A DNA stretch of 33,883 nucleotides, taken from the NCBI GenBank assembly GCA_043381765.1, contig JBHJMP010000867.1:1-33883 (forward strand), written 5' to 3'. The translations under genes were made by a program, and so were the position numbers. Source of the stretch: Collodictyon triciliatum. Taxonomy: Eukaryota. Positions 1-27,339 of the stretch are shown here, piece by piece (position 1 is the first letter of the stretch; every line of letters begins with the position of its first letter). The notes beneath the pieces are model-generated. The model saw only the letters and a program-made list of their open reading frames with translations. It searched no databases and was not told the origin of the DNA.

Positions 1-102
1 CAATTTTTTTTTTGTTTTAAAATAAGTAGATAGTGGAGTGCCTACATTTTTCACATGGGCTGTAGCATGCAAAATCACTACGAGCATAAGCTTTGAGGGT
101 AC

Positions 103-16289
<16,187 letters not shown>

Positions 16290-16309
16290 ATGAAATATTA
16301 GTCAGGTAA

Positions 16310-16445
16310 TAAAAGAAAAGAAAAGAAAAGAAAAGAAAAGAAAAGAAAAGAAAAGAAAAGAAAAGAAAAGAAAAGAAAAGAAAAGAAAAGAAAAGAAAAG
16401 AAAAGAAAAAGAAAAAGAAAAGAAAAGAAAAAAAGAAAAGAAAAG
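16310..16445. repeat. (AAAAG)n microsatellite
   Basis: Visible pentamer array immediately upstream of the first EML coding exon. Confidence 0.95.
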
Positions 16446-16765
16446 ATCTAAAGTGCAATATCAGCATGTTTGCCCAAGCCCTTCACAGTTTATTCGCTCA
16501 TTTTGCAGCCCTTCATCCTGCCAGGCTACAAACTCTGATTCATAGGAGTCGAGAAGCATGTTAGGGTGTTGGATGCGGTTCTTCATGGGCGTCTACTCGA
16601 ATGGTCACGCCAAGATGCTAATTGGACGATCTTCTGCCATCTGTCTTGTTCTCTTCGCTTCAGCGTGCCATTGGGTTGATTCGCTTTCTGAGAGCAATAG
16701 TTTTCGCTTTTGTGAACAACCCTCTGGATTGGTGGATGGCTTGAGTTTATATGGCTCACGACGGA

Positions 16766-17360
16766 NNNNNNNNNNNNNNNNNNNNNNNNNNNNNNNNNNN
16801 NNNNNNNNNNNNNNNNNNNNNNNNNNNNNNNNNNNNNNNNNNNNNNNNNNNNNNNNNNNNNNNNNNNNNNNNNNNNNNNNNNNNNNNNNNNNNNNNNNNN
16901 NNNNNNNNNNNNNNNNNNNNNNNNNNNNNNNNNNNNNNNNNNNNNNNNNNNNNNNNNNNNNNNNNNNNNNNNNNNNNNNNNNNNNNNNNNNNNNNNNNNN
17001 NNNNNNNNNNNNNNNNNNNNNNNNNNNNNNNNNNNNNNNNNNNNNNNNNNNNNNNNNNNNNNNNNNNNNNNNNNNNNNNNNNNNNNNNNNNNNNNNNNNN
17101 NNNNNNNNNNNNNNNNNNNNNNNNNNNNNNNNNNNNNNNNNNNNNNNNNNNNNNNNNNNNNNNNNNNNNNNNNNNNNNNNNNNNNNNNNNNNNNNNNNNN
17201 NNNNNNNNNNNNNNNNNNNNNNNNNNNNNNNNNNNNNNNNNNNNNNNNNNNNNNNNNNNNNNNNNNNNNNNNNNNNNNNNNNNNNNNNNNNNNNNNNNNN
17301 NNNNNNNNNNNNNNNNNNNNNNNNNNNNNNNNNNNNNNNNNNNNNNNNNNNNNNNNNNNN
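16766..17360. other. Assembly gap (595 N)
   Basis: Run of N between the divergently oriented EML and SAM-NagD genes. Confidence 1.
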
Positions 17361-17529
17361 TCGGTCCCATCCCCACCGCACAGCCGTCTCTCAATCTGAC
17401 GGGCTTCGTTTCTATGTTCGCAGCTTTAGTACAGACCAAAGCAGAGGTTCTTTCTTTTTTTTCTTATAATCATATTTTAGCCATCATTTTACTTGATTGC
17501 CAATATGGAAGAATCTGCCACCATTAAGC

Positions 17530-20323
17530 ATGGATTATCTGCACGTAGAGCCATTGGTTATAGGGTTCCAGTCCTCTGCCGACGACGTTTCTGCGTGGCT
17601 CAAGCAGGAGGGTTTTCACGCACCAGACATCGAAACTCTCAGTGGATTCAATGGTCGCTCCGTTTTAGCTCTTTCCAAAGTCTAGTTTTCTTCGTTTTCG
17701 TTTTTTTTCGTTTTTTTTTCGTTTTTTTCGTTTTTTTCGTTTTTTTCGTTTTTTTCGTTTTTTTTCGTTTTTTCATTTTTATGTTTGTGTTTGTGTTTAT
17801 GTTTATGTTTTATGTTTATGTTTATGTTTATGTTTATGCTTTGGAATGTGGAAGTGGGTGTCTTTGCTCAACAATTCACTACTTTTTTTTCGCAGAACGA
17901 TGCGAAGGAGCTTTTGGGAACTGTTCGTGGAATACGATTGTTTTACGCAAAGTCGGAGCAATATAAAAGATTATTGGAGAAGGAGGGTGATTGATTGTCA
18001 ACTCTGTTTGATATACATCTCCTTGAGTTATATGTGTCAATTTCCATGTCATAAATCTTGTGTTGTAATAAGCATATCACAATGTTTCCATCATTAGAGA
18101 CCGACCGCGCATCAAAACAATATGGAACCCAAATAGATGTAGACGATCCACTCAGCGCAGAAAAGGTATTATGTTTTCTTTCATATATGGCCCATTCCTT
18201 TTCCGATATAAAAATGTAGAACTCGCCTTGAAATATAATTTAAACAATTTAATATGGCCACCGACAGCCGCTTTTTTCTTGTAGAAGCATCAACACTCTT
18301 TGCCACATACTTCCGTCTCAAGAATGTATTTCTTTTTCCTGCTTTATGTTTACCGTCTGACTATTTTGTAATTAAAATAGGTGAGGAAGAAGGAGGGATT
18401 TATCATCGATATGGACGGTGTAATCTATCACAGAGGCATCGTCCTTCCTGGAGTAGACCGGTATCTACCCCAATCCATAGCTAACTTGGATTAAATATCA
18501 TAATTGCAGTATTGTTCTCGGTTGTCTAAGTGATTCTAAAATGAACTTCTTTTTTTTCATGGCCAGTTTCCTTCGTTGGATAAAAAACAATGGAAAGAAT
18601 TATCTCTTTCTGACAAACTCAAGCGACAAGTCACCGCAACAACTGTCACAGAGACTTGCCGGGATGGGAATCGAGGTATCCACTCATTTAATTCAGAAAG
18701 TAATCCTGATATATCTGCTTCAGGGATATTAATTTATCAAATATGAAGCTTATGTCTTTGTTCATGTCGGAAGTGATACTTGAACATCCCATTCCAATAC
18801 GTGGTTCAAGTCGCTCTAAAATCCTTTTGCAGGTCCCTCCATCCAACTTCTACACTTCCGCCCTATCTACGGCACACTTTCTGAACACTCAAAAGCCAAA
18901 GGGGTCAGCTTATGTGATTGGCGAAGGTGGTCTGTTGGAAGCGCTTGCTGATGTTGGATACAAGTATCACTCAGCTTTTCAAATTATTCATTTAATCATC
19001 TGGAATATATCCCATTTGTTTTAAAACTGTTTCTCTATTATGATGCATCACCATCCTTCGTATTTCCGCCTTATTTTGTTGTTTTGATTGCTCCGTTAAT
19101 CTTTCAAAATGATTATGTTAGAATTACAGATGTAAACCCCGATTATGTGATTGTTGGAGAAACTCGAGACTATGATATTGCCAGAATCGAAAAAGCCATT
19201 CAGCTCGTGCAAAGCGGTTTGAATAGCTTACACAATTCTATATACTTTATGTGCATAAAATATACTCATTCCAAGCTGCTGAATTCATTTCTCTTTCAAA
19301 AGATTGAAACAAGTACATTTTACACTAGCTAACCATTTTCCTTAATTCAGGCGCCAAGCTTATCGGTACAAACGTTGATATTTATGATCGTGTTGGAAAG
19401 AATAACATGCCAGCTTGCGGCTCTCTAATCAGCCCGATCCAAATATGCACTGGTATATATATATATGCATATGCATGCATTCCTTCTTCGATAACTTTTC
19501 TTGTTTTCGATATCACTTGTCCCAAATGAAAACTAAAGACCATAAGACATCGTTTTTTCTTCTGGTTTTTTCTTCTGGTTTTTTCTTCTGGTTTTTCTGG
19601 TTGGTATGTTGTTTATTTTTTCTTCTTTTTTTTTTTAATGTTGAAATATTCTCGCCTGGAATTAAACATTCCTAGAAGAGAAAAACCAATCCAGAAATCA
19701 TTCTTAAAATCAAACATAATATAGGAAGTCGAGCATATTTTTGTGGGAAACCTAATCCAATGATTATGCGCTCTGCTCTACGAAAGCTTCAAGTAGCCAG
19801 GTATGTCAATCCGACATTCATACACGACTATATTTTTATCTTCAAATGTCCATACTTTCTTCTTTCCAATAATGATACCCCGAGATAAAGAATAAGTAAT
19901 ATAATTCATATACTCTCATATGTATACGCATAATAGCTCACACGCTGCCATCATCGGAGACCGAATGGATACAGACATCATCGCTGGATTAGAGTCTGGA
20001 ATCGACACCGTCCTTGTCCTCAGTGGTGTCACAAGCCCAGCAGACCTCATCAAGTTTTCATACTCCCCCAGTATGTCATATGTGCCTTTTACATAATTCA
20101 AATAATGATAAACAAAGCAAAGCAAAGCAAAGCAAAACGAACGCTAGGAAATTAATGAATGAACGAATATGTAAGGGACTCACGTTCCTATTTCTTGAAC
20201 AAGAAAAAAAAAAAGAAGAAACATGGTGATAAACTGTGGCAGTCCATTTACTGATGCTCAAATCTTGTAGATTACATCTTCAATGGCATCGGCTCCATCG
20301 TAGACCATGTTTCGATCGAATAA
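17530..20323 (+). CDS. nagD: N-terminal SAM-like domain fused to a NagD-type HAD subfamily IIA phosphatase; about 11 exons
   Basis: Spliced product: SADDVSAWLKQEGF...SGFNGRSVLALSK|NDAKELLGTVRGIRLFYA (SAM-like), then FIIDMDGVIY (motif I), FLTNSS (motif II), TSALSTAHFL, AYVIGEGGL, PDYVIVGETRDY, LIGTNVD, PACGSL, GKPNPMIMRSAL (motif III), IIGDRMDTDIIAGLESGIDTVLVLSGVT (motif IV), TAA at 20321-20323. All junctions are GT-AG and in phase. The start is uncertain because another exon may come from the gap (17361-17446). Confidence 0.9.
17685..17837. repeat. Compound T-rich microsatellite, (TTTTTTTCG)n then (TTTATG)n, intronic
   Basis: Visible arrays in the intron 17680-17895 that splits the SAM-like domain. 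Confidence 0.9.
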
Positions 20324-20608
20324 CTCCACCATAAATAGTCATTTGGATGCCAAATCTCTAGAGAGGTGTAACCCAGCTATCATGTCATGTATTTGTATAT
20401 TCTTTTTATTGCCATGGCATGTGATATGCTATTGCTGCTCTTTGTTCTAGTCGTGCCATTTCCCTTCTTCACATATTTCCCCCTTTCACGATTCTTCTTT
20501 TTATGGTCTGAAGAGAGAAAGAAAAGGAAGGGAAAAGAAAAAGAAAAAGGTAGTATAAGGAGAAACAAAATATGAAGGACGAAAAGCAACCTCCCATTAC
20601 CCATCTCG

Positions 20609-23600
20609 CTAATCCTCCGCCGCAAAGTATACTTTCCTCTCGTGTGTCATGTTAAAGTCAGTCAGGGAGGACTGGACCATGTTTGTGGCGCGCTGCAGCA
20701 TGTCGCTGATGACAGACTCAGGCGTGTTGTGTTGAACCATCGTGTGGTCCGGGTCAGCCAGCAAGAGCGCATAAGGCAGCACAACCCCGTCAATCATCAC
20801 AAAGTCGTACCGCCCAAGTTCCAAGTGCGAGTTGAGATCAATCAGCTGGCTCGGGCATGTGACCATCAGCCCGAAAGGCACTTCGCGCGAGGGCACCTCC
20901 TCCAGATAGATTCGGCGCGCCTCTGCAGAGAGCTCCAACACATTCGCGCCCACAACCACAAACCCGCAATCAAACCCCTCGTTGAAGAGCCGATTCACCG
21001 CCATCAGCTGCGCTCGGAACAGACTTTGGTAGGCCGGCTGCACAAAGCGGCTCAAGCCTTGTATGCTCAGGAATGGCTCTGCATGCAACGCCTCGAACGG
21101 CCGAGCGCCTTGCAGCTCTGTGTACGCATCGGCAGATGATTTGTCCATGACCAGCGCGGTCGTGAGTCCAGGCCTCCCCTTTTCTGTGGCGGTTTCTCGC
21201 AGTTTCTTGTAGATAAGCTCTGTGTATATGTGCTTCAGAATCTCATCCACGTTACCATAGTCCCGAAGCAGCTCGGTAATCAGGACCGTGGGCTGCAAAC
21301 GCGAGCGCCCAGCCCCTGTGAGTCGGATGATGGCCAAGACAGGCTCGATTTCGCTCGAGGTAAGCTCGTTGCCGCTTTGCAGTTCCTGTAGCACGTGAAT
21401 CACATTCAATGGATGGACCTTCTGCTCGAGGATGGGCCCACTTGCACTCACGCAGACAATTCGCTTCGATAAAAAGTCCTGCTCTCCTTGTGCATTGGGC
21501 GAGCTCCAAAGACGCATGGCAATCATATCGCTTTCCTCCAGAGTTCTCTCTTCTATCCCGACAGCCCCATGGTAAATGCATCCAGATTGGAAATCAATTG
21601 TGATTTTCTGATGGTCAAAACATACGAGATTCTCAAACTCCTCCGAGCAAAGAATGATACATGGCTTCCGGAGCCTATGTGCAAACTCTTTACAAAAGGC
21701 CTCGTGTTGGTGCTCTGTGGTGAGAATAAGAGCCCCAATCAACTCCCCAAACTCAAGCTCTTGTAGCTGCTCTACTGATTTGCGTGTCATCAAGACAAAG
21801 TCGCCCACCGATATCTTTTGAATATCCTCTTCCTCGTTGATAACAATCAGCGTTCTGCTGGCTGCTCCCTGGAAGATTGTCGACTTTCCCGATGCTAAGA
21901 GACTGGCAGAGTGTGCTTTCTGAGCCGTCGGTGTCACCATACCCAGGAGCGTTTCTGTGGATGAGAGGACAGAAACTACATTCAGGAAGTTTGGCACAGA
22001 GGAGTAGCATACGTCCACCAATGCAGCTATTTTAGCAGCGACTTCAGGGTATTGAACAGACAGTCTGTTGAGAGCCTCTCCGCTCAGGATTAGCTCAATC
22101 TTATGGGCTTTAGCCACTTTGGCAACATGATATATCGAAAGGTAAATCTCTCGTCTGCTCTCGTCCGAGACTTCCAGGAGATAATTGCCCATCGCGTCGA
22201 TGCGAATGTACGGGCTCTTTTTTGTCATTTGAGACACCTGCTGTCCGAGATTGATTGCCACAAGTTGACTTGTGATTGCTGTGGTGGTTATTGCTGAAGA
22301 TGTTGCAGTTCCATATGTTGTGGGTCGATGATGATTCTGCGATGAATCCTTTGACCTCCCATGCATATTCTCTGGGTACATTGGTGACCAGAAAGTGTTT
22401 CTCACAAACTTGAAAATACCCTGTGTCAAGTCATTGGTTCCCAGGGAGAAAAAAGGAAGAAACTTGTAGCGCCTTGCAAATGAGTTCATAATTTCGGCAT
22501 ATTGTTCGATTTGTAGAACGTTTGCAGGGACCTCAATCATAACACCCATGCTTCTTGGAGAGACTCCATAAGACCGTAATATTTTCAGAGTGACCTCTGC
22601 ACATTCTGGAAGCTGCTCAGGATATCGGACGCAAGAAAAAACGGGGTCCATTTGCATCCCACTCTTGCCGATTTCCCCAAGCACTTCCAACTCCAGCATG
22701 AATGTTGGTCCATTTACTTTGGATAAGAGATAAGGTGGCCCGCGGAAGCCAACAATTGAAAATTCTTGCAGTAAATCCGTAAAAATGTTCCCGCCGATGA
22801 GAGTCTTCATTTCGCGTAGTTTAAAGTCCAAAAATCTGTATGTTCGCTTTTGCCAAAAGGGGCAAGCAGCAGAGATGGAGCAGATTACGCTTGCGTGAGT
22901 CCTTTTGAAAAACGATATTGCTGATGGACGTGACCAGCCGGTAGGAATGTATGCAGCTATTCTGCGGGATATCCTCTTTATTACCGTTGGATGCTGGCGC
23001 AAAACCCGGACATCTTCCAGCAACGTCGGCCAAAATTCTCTGGGTGAATGTATCCCCCAAGTTCGAAGCTTTTCTAGCTGTGCTTTTTCTGTCGGCGTGA
23101 GGCCACCCCGTGCATCCCCGTCCAAAAGTGACATCACTTCATAGGCAATCAAAGCTCGCGGGTTGATTCCCACGTAATGGCAACTGACCTCTGCCCGCAG
23201 TATGCAGAGTCCATATGCAAAACTGCTCTGGTTAAGCTTGCTGATACGCCAAGCATCCAAGTAGTTGTTGAGAATCCAACCAACTTTCCTCCGAAGATTG
23301 GGCAACCTCTCAATATCGATCTTCATATTCACCTGGCGAACAGGCAACTCTAGAGGCTCAACGGCGCAAAATGTGTCTATCAGACGTTGAAGCCGTGACG
23401 CTCGGTCGTATTTTCCTTCTTCTCGGAGTCTGTTTGACTTTGCTTGGAGGAGCGATTTCGCTGACGCGGCTAGATAAATCATCCCTTGATTGCCATCCAC
23501 GGTTATCAAGACCCCGTCTGTGCTGAGAACTTCTTCTACCCATTCTGCCCTATCCGGGTCCTCACACCGCACGTCCTCGATAAAGTATTGGATGCCGACT

Positions 23601-26511
23601 ACAGAGGCTATATTCAGTCCGATGGACTCCACTGACGCATGAGACGTCTTTGTCCCGTACATGGCAACAACCCCAAGACTCTTTTTCATGGCTGAAATGT
23701 CAGTTGGTCGAGTGTTTGTAGTGATAAGAAATTCCACCTTGTCTCCTCCAGCGTTGGTACGAATCAAATCTTCAGATAATGCATCGGTACCACTCAAGGA
23801 TGTGTGAATGGCACCAGATGCAGCCATGGATGTTGCAATACCGGATAGATTTGTGCTTCCTATCAAAGGGACAACGACGCGCCCGTCCGGGCTTGTACCT
23901 TCAATGAATCCGTTGGGATACATTCGAATATCACATCCTTTTTTGCGCAAGCCGCCGATATCGATGATAGTTCGGCGGTCGTGATAGCTCAACGGGTCTG
24001 TCAGGTCAGTTGGGAAGGTGTAATCGGATGATTGAATGATTAAAGGGACTTTTTGGCCCAATTCGCTAGGAAGGCATGTCTCCATACCTTTCACCAACTG
24101 CGTCAGGAAGGATGTGTAGCTTTTTCTTGTTGATGAATCTGCCTGATGGTAAAGCCAGTGCCAAATAGTGCTGAGGGGGTTAATGTCACCGGGTATTGGT
24201 GTCCATGTCGAATGGGATGCATCTTTGAAAAACTGGACAATTCGCTGGTCGATTCCATCCATGAAGAGAGCATCCGCCAGTTGGTTGATTTTCTTTGGAT
24301 GGAGCCACTTCAAAAAGCTACGGAGAATGTAGATGTCGGTCGAACGATCACATATCTTTGCTATGTTGAGCTTTTCAATCTCAGACAAGCAAAATGTAAG
24401 GATGTGTGCCGGGTCCACTGGTAAGTTTACTGTTTTACGTTGTGATGTTTTTGCATCCTCCAACGCTTTCTTAATCTGCTCAGTAAAATGAACGTTTTCT
24501 GGATTTGTCATGTCCCACGCCTCTGCTTCTCGTAGGATTTCCTCGGCATCGTTCAGAGAACCTGTCCAAACCTTTGAAGACAACATCATAAAAAAAAAGG
24601 TTGAAAATGTGCTTCAGAATATTTATTTTTTTGTTTGGTTTTTTTTTTTTTTTTTTTTTTGCATAATATCATTGCTATGAGAATAACACACTTTTTTCGG
24701 TCCGTTCAACTGTCTCAATGTCAAATATTGCCTAACGCCATTGTCATCGTCAAATGCAAGATAAACATCAACATCTGCAGTTACATCCCCCTGAAATTAA
24801 AAAAATAGCGGCAGAAGCCAATATTTTTTTTATTTATTAATCGAATAATTTATATAATTTTTTATTTATTGGTATTACTAGTTTTTTCTATATCTTTCTA
24901 AATATTTCTTAATAGTTCTATTTGTAAAAGAAGGGTATGTTTTAATATGAAATGAAAGCAAATGAAAAAGGAAATATATTAGTATATTTTTTCTAAATTA
25001 ATTGGAAACATACTTGAGCAAGCGCTTCACCCCACCCATAGGACGAATTCATATAAAGTATTCTTGATCGTCTTTCAGACTCTAAATTTCTATTTGTCCC
25101 GAAAATTCTTCCAGTAAATCCGGTGCTTGTATCTAGACAATACACATACGCACATGACGTCCTTTCGATAGACGGCCTCTCGTAATCTATCCCTTGCGCC
25201 TGCTTCTGAATAATCACAGCCATTTCAGCGTAATCAGGGTGGTAGAACAAATGTCTGTACTGCTTCAGCAGGTTGACAAGTTCGTCAGAGTCTTCCCAAT
25301 CATCGAGGGACTCGAGCCACTGCTTCAGAGATAGGGAACTAAACAAGGCTGCCGGCGAAGCGTAGGATGTCTCTGCCTGGCTCTGAAAAAATCGGTAGAT
25401 CTGCCTTGTTAATGTGTCTGACATCATCCTTGATTTGATTGTGGTCAGCAACTCGAAAACACGAGTATGTTGGGAGTAGTTTTTGAGGACTTGCTGGTCT
25501 CTGTAGGATAGCACGCGTTCGGTGTAGTTGCCAGCCCAGTCTCGCTTAACGGCCTCACGCACGTTCTCTGTGCCTCGAATGTTTAGAAAGGTTTCGTACT
25601 GGCCAGGAAAAGCAGCAAAGCTTGTGTCTTCCATTGTGCCAGTCGAGCGCACTGCAACTGTAACACCATGAACGTCCTCGCTCATAAGGTCCACAAACTT
25701 GATGGCTTGGGATGTGTTGATTTCTTCCCAGACCAAAAGGCTATCCCTGAGCTCGCACAGCTGCTCGGTGACTGAAGGGATTGTTTCCTTCCAGGATTCA
25801 ATCGAAGAGTGATTCTTGAATAAAGATTTCAGCCTCTCGATTTTTTCAGAGATAAGGACAAATGACATCTTAAGATTTCCAGAACTTCCTTGTGAGAATG
25901 AACGACGCAGTTGAGGGGATGAATATGAGACAAACTTTGATGGCTCAGTGGAATCATGCGAGAGTTCGGCTTGGATGTGGTTGATCAATTGAACACAACG
26001 TTCTGCTAAATCCTCTCTTGTTACCTCCATATATGCCGTGTCAATTGCTTCTCGAAGCGTGTCATCCAGCTGGATGTTCATGAACCATTCATGGATTTGG
26101 CTTTGAACGGCCCGTCGGTTCTGATTAGGTGATTTACTTAAGATTAGCTTTAAAAAAAAAGCGGATAAAATGGAAATAGCCTGCAAACTTTAAATATGGT
26201 ATTCATATGTCCAAATATGTCTGTAGGGGGTATAAAAACCAAAACAGAAAGGGATATGAGAGAAACAAAAAGGATACCTTTGTATCAGTAGTGTTTAGAT
26301 TAAATGTAAGGTGGATTATTCCATCATTTAGGGTTCTCTTTTCGTCGACTCGATGGTTATTTGTAAAGTGGCGATATGCAAGTGGTGATATAATTCGGAA
26401 AGGCTTTCCAGGGTCTCCATTTAATGCAAGACGAGAAAGATTCGCGCCTTTGCCACCAACACGACCGATTTCTGTTGAAGCTGGGTCCTTTGGGTTATAT
26501 ATCATTTTCAT
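20609..26511 (-). CDS. ppsA: PEP synthase (pyruvate,water dikinase)-like protein, about 1800 aa, with a duplicated degenerate C-terminal His-domain + PEP-binding module
   Basis: Exons 26511-26278, 26120-25014, 24790-24692 and 24571-20609 join in phase 0. Motifs: VGGKGANL, VAVRSTGTMED..F.GQYETFLNI, MAVIIQK, SSYGWGEALAQ|GDVTAD (ATP-grasp); GTKTSHAS..LNIASVVG, ITVDG (His domain); LRAE, GINPRAL, RFLDFK..MKTLIGG, VGFRG, MIEVPAN, FSLGTNDLTQ (PEP barrel). Further 5' exons are possible near 26766-26887 and 26998-27034. The symbol denotes homology, not proven activity. Confidence 0.88.
26121..26277 (-). other. GT-AG intron with a U12-consensus donor in the dikinase gene
   Basis: Donor AAG|GTATCCTTT. 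3' region GCTAATCTTAAGTAAATCACCTAATCAG has only a partial U12 branch match. Splicing gives DTK|NRRAV in frame. Confidence 0.5.
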
Positions 26512-27088
26512 ATCTGCCAAAGGATAAAAATAAAAGTTTTTTTTTAGAAATGAATAGAAATTCCTCTCGAGACATCTTTAATATATTCATGGATATGTTT
26601 ATAACTGAATAAGGTGATATCGAAGCTATTTCCTCTCATTTATTTATTACAAACTGAACTGAAGGTGCGCATTAGAAGGAAAATTATGCTTTAAAAAACT
26701 ACGGGCCATGAACGAAGATAATATTCACGATCAATTTTCTTTGAATCGTATAAAGTGGGGAAAACCTTGATGGCCAATTTTGATTTCTCCAGCTATCTCT
26801 TGGGCAAGGCCAGAAAGAAGATTGGTTGAGTTCGACCGAGGAATCTCCCATGTGACCCTTTTACGATACAACTTGTTTTGAGTTCGACAACCAAGACGGT
26901 TTTGTCTCTACTTTTCTAGGTATATCTTATTTTATGGTATTTTTGTTATTACATTCAAGTGGTGGGTGAATTATCCGTCAAAGTTAAGGCTGCTTACTTT
27001 TGTAAGGTGTCTCCTCGTGGAAACATCGCTTGAGCTATGAAAAAAAAAAAAGGATTCTCGTTGGACATTGAAGTATTTCCAGTCTAAG

Positions 27089-27146
27089 GAAACGAAACGA
27101 AACGAAACGAAAGGAAACGAAAGGAAACGAAACGAAACGAAACGAA
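27089..27146. repeat. (AAACG/AAAGG)n microsatellite
   Basis: Visible pentamer array upstream of the dikinase gene, pyrimidine-rich on its sense strand. Confidence 0.85.
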
Positions 27147-27339
27147 AGGAAAGGGAGAAAAATAGACTCTCGAATAGAAGGGAGATACAGAAACAGAGTT
27201 ATTATATCTTTCAGAACAGGAGCCAAGAAGCTAAAGCCTCGTATTTTTGGAAGCGACTGGTCATCGTAAGTTGTCGATCATAAAGAACCAAGAGCAGAAT
27301 CTTCATCCAGGCCGAATCCAACTCGCAAAGTACTCCATC

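Noticed and set aside
16558-17527. Long ORFs of 227-303 aa
   Set aside because: Artefacts of reading through the N gap.
18676-18832. GTATCCAC donor in the NagD gene as U12-type
   Set aside because: Mismatches at +7/+8 and no U12 branch consensus; fits an ordinary GT-AG intron.
20642-24424. Antisense and alternative-frame ORFs over the dikinase exon
   Set aside because: Shadow ORFs expected in GC-richer coding sequence; no recognisable motifs.
20609-26511. Bacterial contamination or rifampicin phosphotransferase identity
   Set aside because: The gene has spliceosomal introns and host-like flanks. The domain order (His domain followed by a PEP barrel) is PpsA-like, whereas RPH has a C-terminal His domain and no PEP barrel.
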